Shown here: positions 22,095 to 37,000 of the stretch, one piece after another
Numbering within the stretch: the stretch's first letter is position 1
How the letters are laid out: every line of letters begins with the position of its first letter
Assembly: GCF_963921235.1 (NCBI RefSeq)
Contig: NC_086107.1
Span: forward strand, 116,996,001-117,060,000
DNA: 64,000 nt
Source of the DNA: Mobula hypostoma
Lineage: Eukaryota
Direction: 5' to 3'
Notes under the pieces: model-generated
Database searches by the model: none
Told to the model about the DNA's origin: nothing
Seen by the model: the letters and a program-made list of their open reading frames with translations, nothing else
Made by a program: the position numbers and the translations under genes

Positions 22095-25000
22095 CAACTC
22101 TTGCCCTGAATCTCATGCCCTGTATCTCCTGCCCTGAAACTCATGCCCTGAATCTCCTGCCCTGAATCTCCTGCCCTGAAACTCATGCCCTGAATCTCAT
22201 GCCCTGAATCTCATGCCCTGAATCTCATGCCCTGAAACTACTGCCCTGAATCTCAAGCCCTGAAACTACTGCCCTGAATCTCATGCCCTGAAACTCCTGC
22301 CCTGAAACTCATGCCCTGAATCTCATGCCCTGAATCTCCTGCCCTGAAACTCATGCCCTGAATCTCATGCCCCGAAACTCCTGCCCTGAATCTCCTGCCC
22401 TGAAACTCCTGCCCTGAATCTCCTGCCCTGAAACTCATGCCCTGAATCTCATGCCCTGAATCTCATGCCCTGAATCTCATGCCCTGAAACTACTGCCCTG
22501 AATCTCATGCCCTGAAACTCCTGCCCTGAATCTCATGCCCTGAAACTCCTGCCCTGAATCTCATGCCCTGAAACTCATGCCCTGAATCTCATGCCCTGAA
22601 ATTCCTGCCCTGAAACTCCTGCCCTGAAACTCAAGCCCTGAATCTCATGCCCTGAATCTCCTGCCCTGAATCTCCTGCCCTGAATCTCATGCCCTGAAAC
22701 TCATGCCCTGAATCTCATGCCCTGAAACTCCTGCCCTGAATCTCCTGCCCTGAAACTCATGCCCTGAATCTCATGCCCTGAAACTCCTGCCCTGAATCTC
22801 CTGCCCTGAAACACATGCCCTGAATCTCATGCCCTGAAACTCCTGCACTGAATCTCCTGCCCTGAATCTCATGCCCTGAATCTCATGCCCTGAATCTCCT
22901 GCCCTGAAACTCATGCCCTGAATCTCATGCCCTGAAACTCCTGCCCTGAATCTCCTGCCCTGAATCTCATGCCCTGAATCTCCTGCCCTGAAACTCATGC
23001 CCTGAATCTCATGCCCTGAAACTCCTGCCCTGAATCTCCTGCCCTGAAACTCATGCCCTGAATCTCATGCCCTGAAACTCCTGCCCTGAAACTCATGCCC
23101 TGAATCTCATGCCCTGAATCTCCTGCCCTGAAACTCATGCCCTGAAACTCCTGCCCTGAATCTCATGCCCTGAATCTCATGCCCTGAATCTCATGCCCTG
23201 AAACTCCTGCCCTGAATCTCATGCCCTGAAACTCCTGCCCTGAATCTCATGCCCTGAAACTCATGCCCTGAATCTCCTGCCCTGAATCTCATGCCCTGAA
23301 TCTCATGCCCTGAATCTCATGCCCTGAAACTCATGCCCTGAATCTCATGCCCTGAAACTCCTGCCCTGAATCTCATGCCCTGAAACTCATGCCCTGAATC
23401 TCATGCCCTGAAACTCATGCCCTGAATCTCCTGCCCTGAAACTCCTGCCCTGAATCTCATGCCCTGAAACTCATGCCCTGAATCTCCTGCCCTGAAACTC
23501 CTGCCCTGAAACTCATGCCCTGAAACTCATGCCCTGAATCTCATGCCCTGAAACTCATGCCCTGAATCTCCTGCCCTGAAACTCCTGCCCTGAATCTCAT
23601 GCCCTGAATCTCCTGCCCTGAAACTCCTGCCCTGAAACTCCTGCCCTGAAACTACTGCCCTGAATCTCATGCCCTGAAACTCATGCCCTGAATCTCATGC
23701 CCTGAATCTCATGCCCTGAATCTCATGCCCTGAATCTCCTGCCCTGAATCTCATGCCCTGAAACTACTGCCCTGAATCTCATGCCCTGAAACTCATGCCC
23801 TGAATCTCCTGCCCTGAAACTCATGCCCTGAATCTCCTGCCCTGAAACTCATGCCCTGAATCTCATGCCCTGAAACTCCTGCCCTGAAACTCCTGCCCTG
23901 AAACTCATGCCCTGAATCTCATGCCCTGAAACTCATGCCCTGAATCTCATGCCCTGAATCTCATGCCCTGAATCTCATGCCCTGAATCTCCTGCCCTGAA
24001 TCTCATGCCCTGAAACTACTGCCCTGAATCTCATGCCCTGAAACTCCTGTCCTGAATCTCCTGCCCTGAAACTCATGCCCTGAATCTCATGCCCTGAATC
24101 TCCTGCCCTGAAACTCTTGCCCTGAATCTCATGTCCTGTATCTCCTGCCCTGAAACTCATGCCCTGAAACTCCTGCCCTGAATCTCATGCCCTGAAACTC
24201 CTGCCTTGAATCTCATGCCTTGAAACTAATGCGTTGAATCTGCGGACCTGAAACTCATGCCATGAATCTCCTGCCCTGAAACTCATGCCCTGAATCTCCT
24301 GCCCTGAAACTCCTGCCCTGAAACTCCAGCCCTGAAACTCATGCCCTGAATCTCCTGCCCTGAAACTCATGCCCTGAATCTCATGCCCTGAAACTCCTGC
24401 ACTGAATCTCCTGCCCTGAATCACATGCCCTGAAAGTCCTGCACTGAATCTCATGCCCTGAATCACATGCCCTGAAACTCCTGCACTGAATCTCCTGCCC
24501 TGAATCTCCTGCCCTGAATCTCCTGCTCTGAAACTCATGCCCTGAATCTCATGCCCTGAAATTCCTGCCCTGAATCTCCTGCCCTGAAACCACAGCCCTG
24601 AATCTCATGCCCTGAAACTCCTGTCCTGAATCTCCTGCCCTGAATCACATGCCCTGAATCTCATGCCCTGAAACTCCTGCCCTGAATCTCAAGCCCTGAA
24701 ACTACTGCCCTGAATCTCATGCCCTGAAACTCCTGCCCTGAATCTCATGCCCTGAAACTCCTGTCCTGAAACTCCTGCCCTGAATCTCATGCCCTGAATT
24801 TCATGCCCTGAAACTCCCTCCCTGTTCCTCAAGCCCTGAATCTCATGCTCTGAATCTCATGTCCTGAAACTCCTGCACTGAATCTCCTGCCCTGAATCTC
24901 ATGCCCTGAAACTCCTGCTATGAAACTCATGCCCTGAATCTCATGTCCTGAATCTCCTGCCCTGAATCTCAAGCCCTGAAAATACTGCCCTGAATCTCAT

Positions 25001-28000
25001 GCCCTGAAACTCATGCCCTGAATCTCATGCCCTGAAACTCCTGCACTGAATCTCCTGCCCTGAATCTCATGCCCTGAATCTCATGCCCTGAAACTCCTGC
25101 CCTGAATCTCAAGCCCTGAAACTACTGCCCTGAATCTCATGCCCTGAAACTCCTGCCCTGAATCTCATGCCCTGAAACTCCTGTCCTGAAACTCCTGCCC
25201 TGAATCTCAAGCCCTGAATCTCATGCCCTGAAACTCCTGCCCTGAATCTCAAGCCCTGAAACTACTGCCCTGAATCTCATGCCCTGAAACTCATGCCCTG
25301 AATCTCATGCCCTGAAACTCCTGCCCTGAATCTCCTGCCCTGAATCTCATGCCCTGAAACTACTGCCCTGAATCTCATGCCTTGAAACTCCTGCTATGAA
25401 ACTGATGCCCTGAATCTCATGTCCTGAATCTCCTGCCTTGAATCTCAAGCCCTGAAAATACTGCCCTGAATCTCATGCCCTGAAACTCATGCACTGAATC
25501 TCATGCCCTGAAACTCCTGCACTGAATCTCCTGCCCTGAATCTCATGCCCTGAATCTCATGCCCTGAAACTCCTGCCCTGAATCTCAAGCCCTGAAACTA
25601 CTGCCCTGAATCTCATGCCCTGTAACTCCTGCCCTGAATCTCAAGCCCTGAAACTACTGCCTTGAATCTCATGCCTTGAAACTCCTGCTCTGAAACTCAT
25701 GCCCTGAAACCACAGTCCTGAATCTCATGCCCTGAAACTCCTGCCCTGAATCTCATGTCCTGAAACTACTGTCTTGAATCCCCTGCCCTGAATCTCATGC
25801 CCTGAAACTGCTGCCTTGAATCTCATGCCCTGAAACAACTGCTCTGAATCTCAAGCCCAGAAACTACTGCCTTGAATCTCATGCCTTGAAACTCCTGCTC
25901 TGAAAGACCTTCCCTGAAAATCATGCTCTGAATAACCTGCCCTGAAACTCATGCCCTGAATCTCATGCCCTGAATCTCCAGTCCTGAATCTCCTGCCCTG
26001 AATTTCATGCCCTTGATCTCATGCCCTGAATCTCATGCCCTGAAACTCATGCCCTGAATCTCATGCCCTGAAGCTCCTGCCCTGAATCTAATGCCTTGAA
26101 ACTAATGCCCTGAATCTCATACCCTGAAACTCATGCCCTGTATCTCCTGCTCTGAAACTCATGCCCTGAAACTCCTGCCCTGAAACTCATGCCTTGAAAC
26201 TCATGCCCCGAATCTCATGCCCTGAATCTCCTGCCCTGAAACTCATGCCCTGAATCTCATGCCCTGAAACTCCTGCCCTGAATCTCATGCCCTGAAACTC
26301 CTGCGCTGAATCTGCGGACCTGAAACTCATGCCATGAATCTCCTGCCCTGAAACTCATGCCCTGAATCTCCTGCCCTGAAACTCCGGTCCTGAATCTCCT
26401 GCCCTGAAACTCATGCCCTGAATCTCATGCCCTGAATCTACTGCCCTGAAACTCTTGCCCTTAAACTCTTGCCCTGAATCTCATGTCCTGTATCTCCTGC
26501 CCTGAAACTCATGCCCTGAATCTCCTGCCCTGAATCTCATGCCCTGAAACTCCTGCCCTGAATCTCATGCCCTGAAACTCATGCCCTGAATCTCATGCCC
26601 TGAAACTCATGCCCTGAATCTCCTGCCCTGAAACTCATGCCCTGAATCTCCTGCCCTGAAATTTCGGACCTGAAACGCCAGCCTTGAAACTAAAGCCCTG
26701 AATCTCCTGCCCTGAAACTCATGCCCTGAATCTCATGCCCTGAAACTCCTGCACTGAATCTCCTGCCCTGAATCACATGCCCTGAAAGTCCTGCACTGAA
26801 TCTCATGCCCTGAATCTCATGCCCTGAAACTCCTGCCCTGAATCTCCTGCCCTGAATCTCCTGCCCTGAAACTCATGCCCTGAATCTCATGCCCTGAAAC
26901 TCCTGCCCTGAATCTCCTGCCCTGAAACCACAGCCCTGAATCTCATGCCCTGAAACTCCTGCCCTGAATCTCATGCCCTGAATCTCATGCCCTGAATCTC
27001 CTGCCCTGAATCTCATGCCCTGAAACTCCTGCCCTGAATCTCATGCCCTGAAACTCCTGCCCTGAATCTCCTGCCCTGAAACTCATGCCCTGAATCTCAT
27101 GCCCTGAATCTCCTGCCCTGAAACTCATGCCCTGAATCTCATGCCCTGAATCTCCTGCCCTGAATCTCATGCCCTGAAACTCCTGCCCTGAATCTCATGC
27201 CCTGAAACTCCTGCCCTGAATCTCATGCCCTGAAACTCATGCCCTGAATCTCCTGCCCTGAAACTCATGCCCTGAATCTCCTGCCCTGAAACTCATGCCC
27301 TGAATCTCATGCCCTGAAACTCCTGCCCTGAAACTCCTGCCCTGAAACTCATGCCCTGAATCTCCTGCCCTGAAACTCATGCCCTGAATCTCATGCCCTG
27401 AAACTCCTGCCCTGAATCTCCTGCCCTGAATCTCATGCCCTGAAACTCCTGCCCTGAATCTCATGCCCTGAATCTCATGCCCTGAAACTCCTGCCCTGAA
27501 TCTCCTGCCCTGAATCTCATGCCCTGAATCTCCTGCCCTGAAACTCATGCCCTGAATCTCATGCCCTGAAACTCCTGCCCTGAATCTCCTGCCCTGAAAC
27601 CACAGCCCTGAATCTCATGCCCTGAAACTCCTGTCCTGAATCTCCTGCCCTGAATCACATGCCCTGAATCTCATGCCCTGAAACTCCTGCCCTGAATCTC
27701 AAGCCCTGAAACTACTGCCCTGAATCTCATGCCCTGAAACTCCTGCCCTGAATCTCATGCCCTGAAACTCCTGTCCTGAAACTGCTGCCCTGAATCTCAA
27801 GCCCTGAATCTCATGCCCTGAAACTCCCTCCCTGTTTCTCAAGCCCTGAATCTCATGCTCTGAATCTCATGCCCTGAAACTACTGCCCTGAATCTCATGC
27901 CTTGAAACTCCTGCTATGAAACTCATGCCCTGAATCTCATGTCCTGAATCTCCTGCCCTGAATCTCAAGCCCTGAAAATACTGCCCTGAATCTCATGCCC

Positions 28001-31000
28001 TGAAACTCATGCACTGAATCTCATTCCCTGAAACTCCTGCACTGAATCTCCTGCCCTGAATCTCATGCCCTGAATCTCATGCCCTGAAACTCCTGCCCTG
28101 AATCTCAAGCCCTGAAACTACTGCCCTGAATCTCATGCCCTGAAACCTCTGCCCTGAATCTCATGCCCTGAAACTCCTGTTCTGAAACTCCTGCCCTGAA
28201 TCTCAAGCCCTGAATCTCATGCCCTGAAACTCCCTCCCTGTTCCTCAAGCCCTGAATCTCATGCTCTGAATCTCATGCCCTGAAACTCCTGCACTGAATC
28301 TCCTGCCCTGAATCTCATGCACTGAAACTACTGCCCTGAATCTCATGCCTTGAAACTCCTGCTATGAAACTGATGCCCTGAATCTCATGTCCTGAATCTC
28401 CTGCCTTGAATCTCAAGCCCTGAAAATACTGCCCTGAATCTCATGCCCTGAAACTCATGCACTGAATCTCATTCCCTGAAACTCCTGCACTGAATCTCCT
28501 GCCCTGAATCTCATGCCCTGAATCTCATGCCCTGAAACTCCTGCCCTGAATCTCAAGCCCTGAAACTACTGCCCTGAATCTCATGCCCTGTAACTCCTGC
28601 CCTGAATCTCAAGCCCTGAAACTACTGCCTTGAATCTCATGCCTTGAAACTCCTGCTCTGAAACTCATGCCCTGAAACCACAGTCCTGAATCTCATGCCC
28701 TGAAACTCCTGCCCTGAATCTCATGTCCTGAAACTACTGTCCTGAATCCCCTGCCCTGAATCTCATGCCCTGAAACTGCTGCCCTGAATCTCATGCCCTG
28801 AAACTACTGCTCTGAATCTCAAGCCCAGAAACTACTGCCTTGAATCTCATGCCTTGAAACTCCTGCTCTGAAAGACCTTCCCTGAAAATCATGCCCTGAA
28901 TCTCATGCCCTGAAACTCATGCCCTGAATCTCATGCCCTGAATCTCCTGCCCTGAATCTCCTGCCCTGAATCTCATGCCCTGAATCTCATGCCCTGAATC
29001 TCATGCCCTGAAACTCATGCCCTGAATCTCATGCCCTGAAACTCCTGCCCTGAATCTCATGCCCTGAAACTCATGCCCTGAATCTCATGCCCTGAAACTC
29101 ATGCCCTGAATCTCCTGCCCTGAAACTCATGCCCTGAAACTCCTGCCCTGAAACTCATGCCCTGAAACTCATGCCCCGAATCTCATGCCCTGAATCTCCT
29201 GCCCTGAAACTCATGCCCTGAATCTCATGCCCTGAAACTCCTGCCCTGAATCTCATGCCCTGAAACTCCTGCCCTGAATCTCATGCCCTGAAACTCATGC
29301 CCTGAATCTCCTGCCCTGAAACTCATGCCCTGAATCTCATGCCCTGAAACTCCTGCCCTGAATCTCCTGCCCTGAAACTCATGCCCTGAATCTCATGCCC
29401 TGAATCTCCTGCCCTGAATCTCCTGCCCTGAAACTCCTGCCCTGAATCTCATGCCCTGAATCTCCTGCCCTGAAACTCATGCCCTGAATCTCCTGCCCTG
29501 AATCTCATGCCCTGAAACTCCTGCCCTGAATCTCATGCCCTGAAACTCATGCCCTGAATCTCATGCCCTGAAACTCATGCCCTGAATCTCCTGCCCTGAA
29601 ACTCATGCCCTGAATCTCATGCCCTGAAACTCCTGCCCTGAAACTCCTGCCCTGAAACTCAAGCCCTGAATCTCATGCCCTGAAAATCCTGCCCTGAATC
29701 TCAAGCCCTGAAACTCCTGCCCTGAATCCCCTGCCCTGAATCTCATGCCCTGAAACTCCTGCCCTGAATCTCATGCCCTGAATCTCATGCCCTGAAACTC
29801 CTGCCCTGAATCTCCTGCCCTGAATCTCCTGCCCTGAAACTCATGCCCTGAATCTCATGCCCTGAATCTCATGCCCTGAAACTCATGCCCTGAATCTCAT
29901 GCCCTGAAACTCCTGCCCTGAATCTCCTGCCCTGAATCTCATGCCCTGAATCTCATGCCCTGAAACTCCTGCCCTGAATCTCAAGCCCTGAAACTACTGC
30001 CCTGAATCTCATGCCCTGAAACTCCTGCCCTGAATCTCATGCCCTGAAACTACTGCCCTGAATCTCATGCCCTGAAACTCCTGCCCTGAAACTCATGCCC
30101 TGAAACCACAGTCCTGAATCTCATGCCCTGAAACTCCTGCCCTGAATCTCAAGCCCTGAAACTACTGCCCTGAATCCCCTGCCCTGAATCTCATGCCCTG
30201 AAACTGCTGCCTTGAATCTCATGCCCTGAAACTACTGCTCTGAATCTCAAGCCCTGAAACTACTGCCTTGAATCTCATGCCTTGAAACTCCTGCTCTGAA
30301 AGACCTGCCCTGAAAATCATGCCCTGAATCTCCTGCCCTGAAACTCATGCCCTGAATCTCATGCCCTGAAACTCATGCCCTGAATCTCATGCCCTGAAAC
30401 TCATGCCCTGAATCTCATGCCCTGAAACTCCTGCCCTGAAACTCCTGCCCTGAATCTCATGCCCTGAAACTCCTGCCCTGAAACTCATGCCCTGAATCTC
30501 ATGCCCTGAAACTCCTGCCCTGAATCTCCTGGCCTGAAACCTCATCCCTGAATCTCATGTCCTGAAACTCCTGTCCTGAATCTCCTGCCCTGAATCTCAT
30601 GCCCTGAATCTCATGCCCTGAAACTCCTGCCCTGAATCTCATGCCCTGAAACTCCTGTCCTGAATCTGCTGCCCTGAATCTCATGCCCTGAATCTCATGC
30701 CCTGAAACTCCTGCCCTGAATCTCATGCCCTGAAACTCCTGCCCTGAATCTCATGCCCTGAATCTCATGCCCTGAAACTCATGCCCTGAATCTCATGCCC
30801 TGAAACTCCTGCCCTGAATCTCCTGCCCTGAATCTCATGCCCTGAATCTCATGCCCTGAAACTCCTGCCCTGAATCTCAAGCCCTGAAACTACTGCCCTG
30901 AATCTCATGCCCTGAAAATCCTGCCCTGAATCTCAAGCCCTGAAACTACTGCCCTGAATCTCATGCCTTGAAACTCCTGCCCTGAAACTCATGCCCTGAA

Positions 31001-34000
31001 ACCACAGCCCTGAATCTCATGCCCTGAAACTCCTGCCCTGAATCTCATGCCCTGAAACTACTGCCCTGAATCTCCTGCCCTGAATCTCATGCCCTGAAAC
31101 TCCTGCCCTGAATCTCATGCCCTGAAACTACTGCTCTGAATCTCAAGCCCTGAGACTACAGCCCTGAATCTCATGCCTTGAAACTCCTGCTCTGAAAGAC
31201 CTTCCCTGAAAATCATGCTCTGAATAACCTGCCCTGAAACTCATGCCCTGAATCTCATGCCCTGAATCTCCAGCCCTGAAACTCATGCCCTGAATCTCAT
31301 GCCCTGAAACTCATGCCCTGAATCTCATACCTTGAAACTCCTGTCCAGAAACTCCTGCCCTGAATCTCATGCCCTGAAACTCCTGCTCTGAAACTCATGC
31401 CTTGAATCTCATGCCCTGAAACTCCTGCACTGAATCTCCTGCCCTGAAACCACAGCGCTGAATCTCATGCCCTGAAACTCCTGTCCTGAATCTCCTGTCC
31501 TGAATCACATGCCCTGAATCTCATGCCCTGAACCTCCTGCCCTGAATCTCATGCGCTGAAATTCCTGTCCTGAAACTCCTGCCTTGATTCTCAAGCCCTG
31601 AATCTCATGCCCTGAAACTCCTGCCCTGTTCTTCAAGCCCTGAATCTCATGCTCTGAATCTCATGCCCTGAATCTCATGCCCTGAAGCTCCTGCCCTGAA
31701 ACTACTGCCCTGAATCTCATGCCTTGAAACTCCTGCTATGAAACTCATGCCCTGAATCTCATGTCCTGAATCCCCTGCCCTGAAACTCATGCCCTGAATC
31801 CCATGCCCTGAAACTGCTGCCCTGAATCTCATGCCTTGAAACTCCTGCTATGAAACTCATGCCCTGAATCTCATGTCCTGAATCTCCTGCCCTGAATCTC
31901 AAGCCCTGAATCTCATGCCCTGAATCTCATGCCCTGAATCTCCTGCCCTGAAACTCCTGCTCTGAAACTCCTGCCCTGAATCTCCTGCCCTGAAACTCAT
32001 GCCCTGAATCTCATGCCCTGAAATTCATGCCCTGAATCTCCTGCCCTGAAACTCCTGCCCTGAAACTCATGCCCTGAAACTCATGCCCTGAATCTCATGC
32101 CCTGAAACTCCTGCCCTGAATCTCATGCCCTGAATCTCATGCCCTGAATCTCATGCCCTGAAACTCATGCCCTGAATCTCATACCTTGAAACTCCTGTCC
32201 TGAAACTCATGCCCTGAATCTCATGCCCTGAAACTCCTGTCCTGAATCTCCTGCCCTGAAACTCCTGCTCTGAAACTCATGCCCTGAATCTCATGCCCTG
32301 AAACTCATGCCCTGAATCTCATGCCCTGAAACTCCTGCCCTGAATCTCCTGCCCTGAATCTCCTGCCCTGAATCTCATGCCCTGAATCTCCTGCCCTGAA
32401 ACTCATGCCCTGAATCTCATGCCCTGAAACTCCTGCCCTGAATCTCCTGCCCTGAAACTCATGCCCTGAATCTCATGCCCTGAAACTCCTGTCCTGAATC
32501 TCCTGCCCTGAATCTCATGCCCTGAATCTCATGCCCTGAATCTCAAGCCCTGAAACTACTGCCCTGAATCTCATGCCCTGAAACTCATGCCCTGAATCTC
32601 ATGCCCTGAAACTCCTGTCCTGAAACTCCTGCCCTGAATCTCAAGCCCTGAATCTCATGCCCTGAAACTCCCTCCCTGTTCCTCAAGCCCTGAATCTCAT
32701 GCTCTGAATCTCATGCCCTGAAACTCCTGCACTGAATCTCCTGCCCTGAATCTCATGCCCTGAAACTACTGCCCTGAATCTCATGCCTTGAAACTCCTGC
32801 TATGAAACTCATGCCCTGAATCTCATGTCCTGAATCTCCTGCCCTGAATCTCAAGCCCTGAAAATACTGCCCTGAATCTCATGCCCTGAAACTCATGCCC
32901 TGAATCTCATGCCCTGAAACTCCTGCCCTGAATCTCCTGCCCTGAATCTCATGCCCTGAATCTCATGCCCTGAAACTCCTGCCCTGAATCTCAAGCCCTG
33001 AAACTACTGCCCTGAATCTCATGCCCTGAAACTCCTGCCCTGAATCTCATGCCCTGAAACTCCTGTCCTGAAACTGCTGCCCTGAATCTCAAGCCCTAAA
33101 TCTCATGCCCTGAATCTCATGCCCTGAAACTCCTGCCCTGTTCCTCAAGCCCTGAATCTCATGCTCTGAATCTCATGACCTGAAACTCCTGCCCTGAATC
33201 TCCTGCCCTGAATCTCATGCCCTGAAACTCCTGCCCTGAATCTCATGCCTTGAAACTCCTGCTATGAAACTCATGCCCTGAATCTCATGTCCTGAATCTC
33301 CTGCCCTGAATCTCAAGCCCTGAAAATACTTCCCTGAATCTCATGCCCTGAAACTCATGCCCTGATTCTCATGCCCTGAATCTCCTGCACTGAATCTCCT
33401 GCCCTGAATCTCATGCCCTGAATCTCATGCCCTGAAACTCCTGCCCTGAATCTCAAGCCCTGAAACTACTGCCCTGTATCTCATGCCCTGTAACTCCCGC
33501 CCTGAATCTCAAGCCCTGAAACTACTGCCCTGAATCTCATGCCCTGAAACTCCTGCCCTGAAACTCTCATGCCCTGAAACCACAAGCCCTGAATCTCATG
33601 ACCTGAAAATCCTGCCCTGAATCTCAAGCCCTGAAACTACTGCCCTGAATCCCCTGCCCTGAATCTCATGCCCTGAAACTGCTGCCTTGAATCTCATGCC
33701 CTGAAACTACTGCTCTGAATCTCAATCCCAGAAACTACTGCCCTGAATCTCATGCCTTGAAACTCCTGCTCTGAAAGACCTGCCCTGAAAATCATGCCCT
33801 GAATCTCATGCCCTGAAACTCATGCCCTGAATCTCATGCCCTGAATCTCCTGCCCTGAATCTCCTGCCCTGAATCTCATGCCCTGAATCTCATGCCCTGA
33901 ATCTCATGCCCTGAAACTCATGCCCTGAATCTCATGCCCTGAATCTCCTGCCCTGAATCTCATGCCCTGAAACTCATGCCCTGAATCTCATGCCCTGAAA

Positions 34001-37000
34001 CTCATGCCCTGAATCTCCTGCCCTGAAACTCATGCCCTGAATCTCCTGCCCTGAAACTCATGCCCTGAAACTCATGCCCTGAATCTCATGCCCTGAATCT
34101 CCTGCCCTGAAACTCATGCCCTGAATCTCATGCCCTGAAACTCCTGCCCTGAATCTCATGCCCTGAAACTCATGCCCTGAATCTCATGCCCTGAAACTCA
34201 TGCCCTGAATCTCCTGCCCTGAAACTCATGCCCTGAATCTCATGCCCTGAAACTCCTGTCCTGAATCTCCTGCCCTGAAACTCATGCCCTGAATCTCATG
34301 CCCTGAATCTCATGCCCTGAAACTCTTGCCCTTAAACTCTTGCCCTGAATCTCATGTCCTGTATCTCCTGCCCTGAAACTCATGCCCTGAATCTCCTGCC
34401 CTGAATCTCATGCCCTGAAACTCCTGCCCTGAATCTCATGCCCTGAAACTCATGCCCTGAATCTCATGCCCTGAAACTCATGCCCTGAATCTCCTGCCCT
34501 GAAACTCATGCCCTGAATCTCATGCCCTGAAACTCCTGCCCTGAAACTCCTGCCCTGAAACTCATGCCCTGAATCTCCTGCCCTGAAACTCATGCCCTGA
34601 ATCTCATGCCCTGAAACTCCTGCCCTGAATCTCCTGCCCTGAATCTCATGCCCTGAAACTCCTGCCCTGAATCTCATGCCCTGAATCTCCTGCCCTGAAA
34701 CTCATGCCCTGAATCTCATGCCCTGAAACTCCTGCCCTGAATCTCCTGCCCTGAAACCACATGCCCTGAATCTCATGCCCTGAAACTCCTGTCCTGAATC
34801 TCCTGCCCTGAATCACATGCCCTGAATCTCATGCCCTGAAACTCCTGCCCTGAATCTCAAGCCCTGAAACTACTGCCCTGAATCTCATGCCCTGAAACTC
34901 CTGCCCTGAATCTCATGCCCTGAAACTCCTGTCCTGAAACTGCTGCCCTGAATCTCAAGCCCTGAATCTCATGCCCTGAATCTCATGCCCTGAAACTCCT
35001 GCCCTGTTCCTCAAGCCCTGAATCTCATGCTCTGAATCTCATGACCTGAAACTCCTGCACTGAATCTCCTGCCCTGAATCTCATGCCCTGAAACTCCTGC
35101 CCTGAATCTCATGCCCTGAAACTCATGCCCTGAAACTCATGCCCTGAATCTCATGCCCTGAAACTCCTGTCCTGAAACTCCTGCCCTGAATCTCATGCCC
35201 TGAAACTCCTGCCCTGAAACTCATGCCCTGAATCTCATGCCCTGAAACTCCTGCCCTGAATCTCATGCCCTGAAACCACTGCCCTGAATCTCATGCCCTG
35301 AAACTCCTGCCCTGAATCTCCTGCCCTGAATCTCATGCCCTGAATCTCATGCCCTGAAACTCCTGCCCTGAATCTCATGCCCTGAAACTCCTGTCCTGAA
35401 ACTCCTGCCCTGAATCTCATGCCCTGAATCTCATGCCCTGAAACTCCTGCCCTGAATCTCATGCCCTGAAACTCATGCCCTGAATCTCATGCCCTGAATC
35501 TCATGCCCTGAAACTCATGCCCTGAATCTCATGCCCTGAAACTCCTGCCCTGAATCTCCTGCCCTGAATCTCATGCCCTGAATCTCATGCCCTGAAACTC
35601 CTGCCCTGAATCTCAAGCCCTGAAACTACTGCCCTGAATCTCATGCCCTGAAACTCCTGCCCTGAATCTCAAGCCCTGAAACTACTGCCCTGAATCTCAT
35701 GCCCTGAAACTCCTGCCCTGAATCTCATGCCCTGAAACTACTGCCCTGAATCTCATGCCCTGAAACTCCTGCCCTGAATCTCATGCCCTGAAACTACTGC
35801 CCTGAATCTCATGCCCTGAATCTCATGCCCTGAAACTCCTGCCCTGAATCTCATGCCCTGAAACTACTGCTCTGAATCTCAAGCCCTGAAACTACTGCCT
35901 TGAATCTCATGCCTTGAAACTCCTGCTCTGAAAGACCTTCCCTGAAAATCATGCTCTGAATCTCCTGCCCTGAAACTCATGCCCTGAATATCATGCCCTG
36001 AATCTCCTGCCCTGAAACTCATGCCCTGAATCTCATGCCCTGAAACTCATGCCCTGAATCTCCTGCCCTGAAACTCCTGCCCTGAAAATCCTGCCCTGAA
36101 TCTCATGCCCTGAAACTCCTGCCCTGAAACTCATGCCCTGAATCTCATGCCCTGAAACTCCTGCCCTGAATCTCCTGCCCTGAAACCACATCCCTGAATC
36201 TCATGCCCTGAAACTCCTGTCCTGAATCTCAAGCCCTGAATCTACTGCCCTGAATCTCATGCGCTGAAACTCCTGCCCTGAATCTCATGCCCTGAAATTC
36301 CTGTCCTGAAACTCCTGCCTTGATTCTCAAGCCCTGAATCTCATGCCCTGAAACTCCTGCCCTGTTCCTCAAGCCCTGAATCTCATGCTCTGAATCTCAT
36401 GCCCTGAATCTCATGCCCTGAATCTCATGCCCTGAAACTACTGCCCTGAATCTCATGCCTTGAAACTCCTGCTATGAAACTCATGCCCTGAATCTCATGT
36501 CCTGAATCCCCTGCCCTGAAACTCATGCCCTGAATCCCATGCCCTGAAACTGCTGCCCTGAATCTCATGCCTTGAAACTCCTGCTATGAAACTCATGCCC
36601 TGAATCTCATGTCCTGAATCTCCTGCCCTGAATCTCAAGCCCTGAATCTCATGCCCTGAATCTCATGCCCTGAATCTCCTGCCCTGAAACTCCTGCCCTG
36701 AAACTCCTGCCCTGAATCTCCTGCCCTGAAACTCATGCCCTGAATCTCATGCCCTGAAATTCATGCCCTGAATCTCCTGCCCTGAAACTCCTGCCCTGAA
36801 TCTCATGCCCTGAAACTCATGCCCTGAATCTCATGCCCTGAATCTCCTGCCCTGAAACTCATGCCCTGAATCTCATGCCCTGAATCTCATGCCCTGAAAC
36901 TCATGCCCTGAATCTCATGCCCTGAAACTCCTGTCCTGAAACTCATGCCCTGAATCTCATGCCCTGAAACTCCTGCCCTGAATCTCCTGCCCTGAAACTC

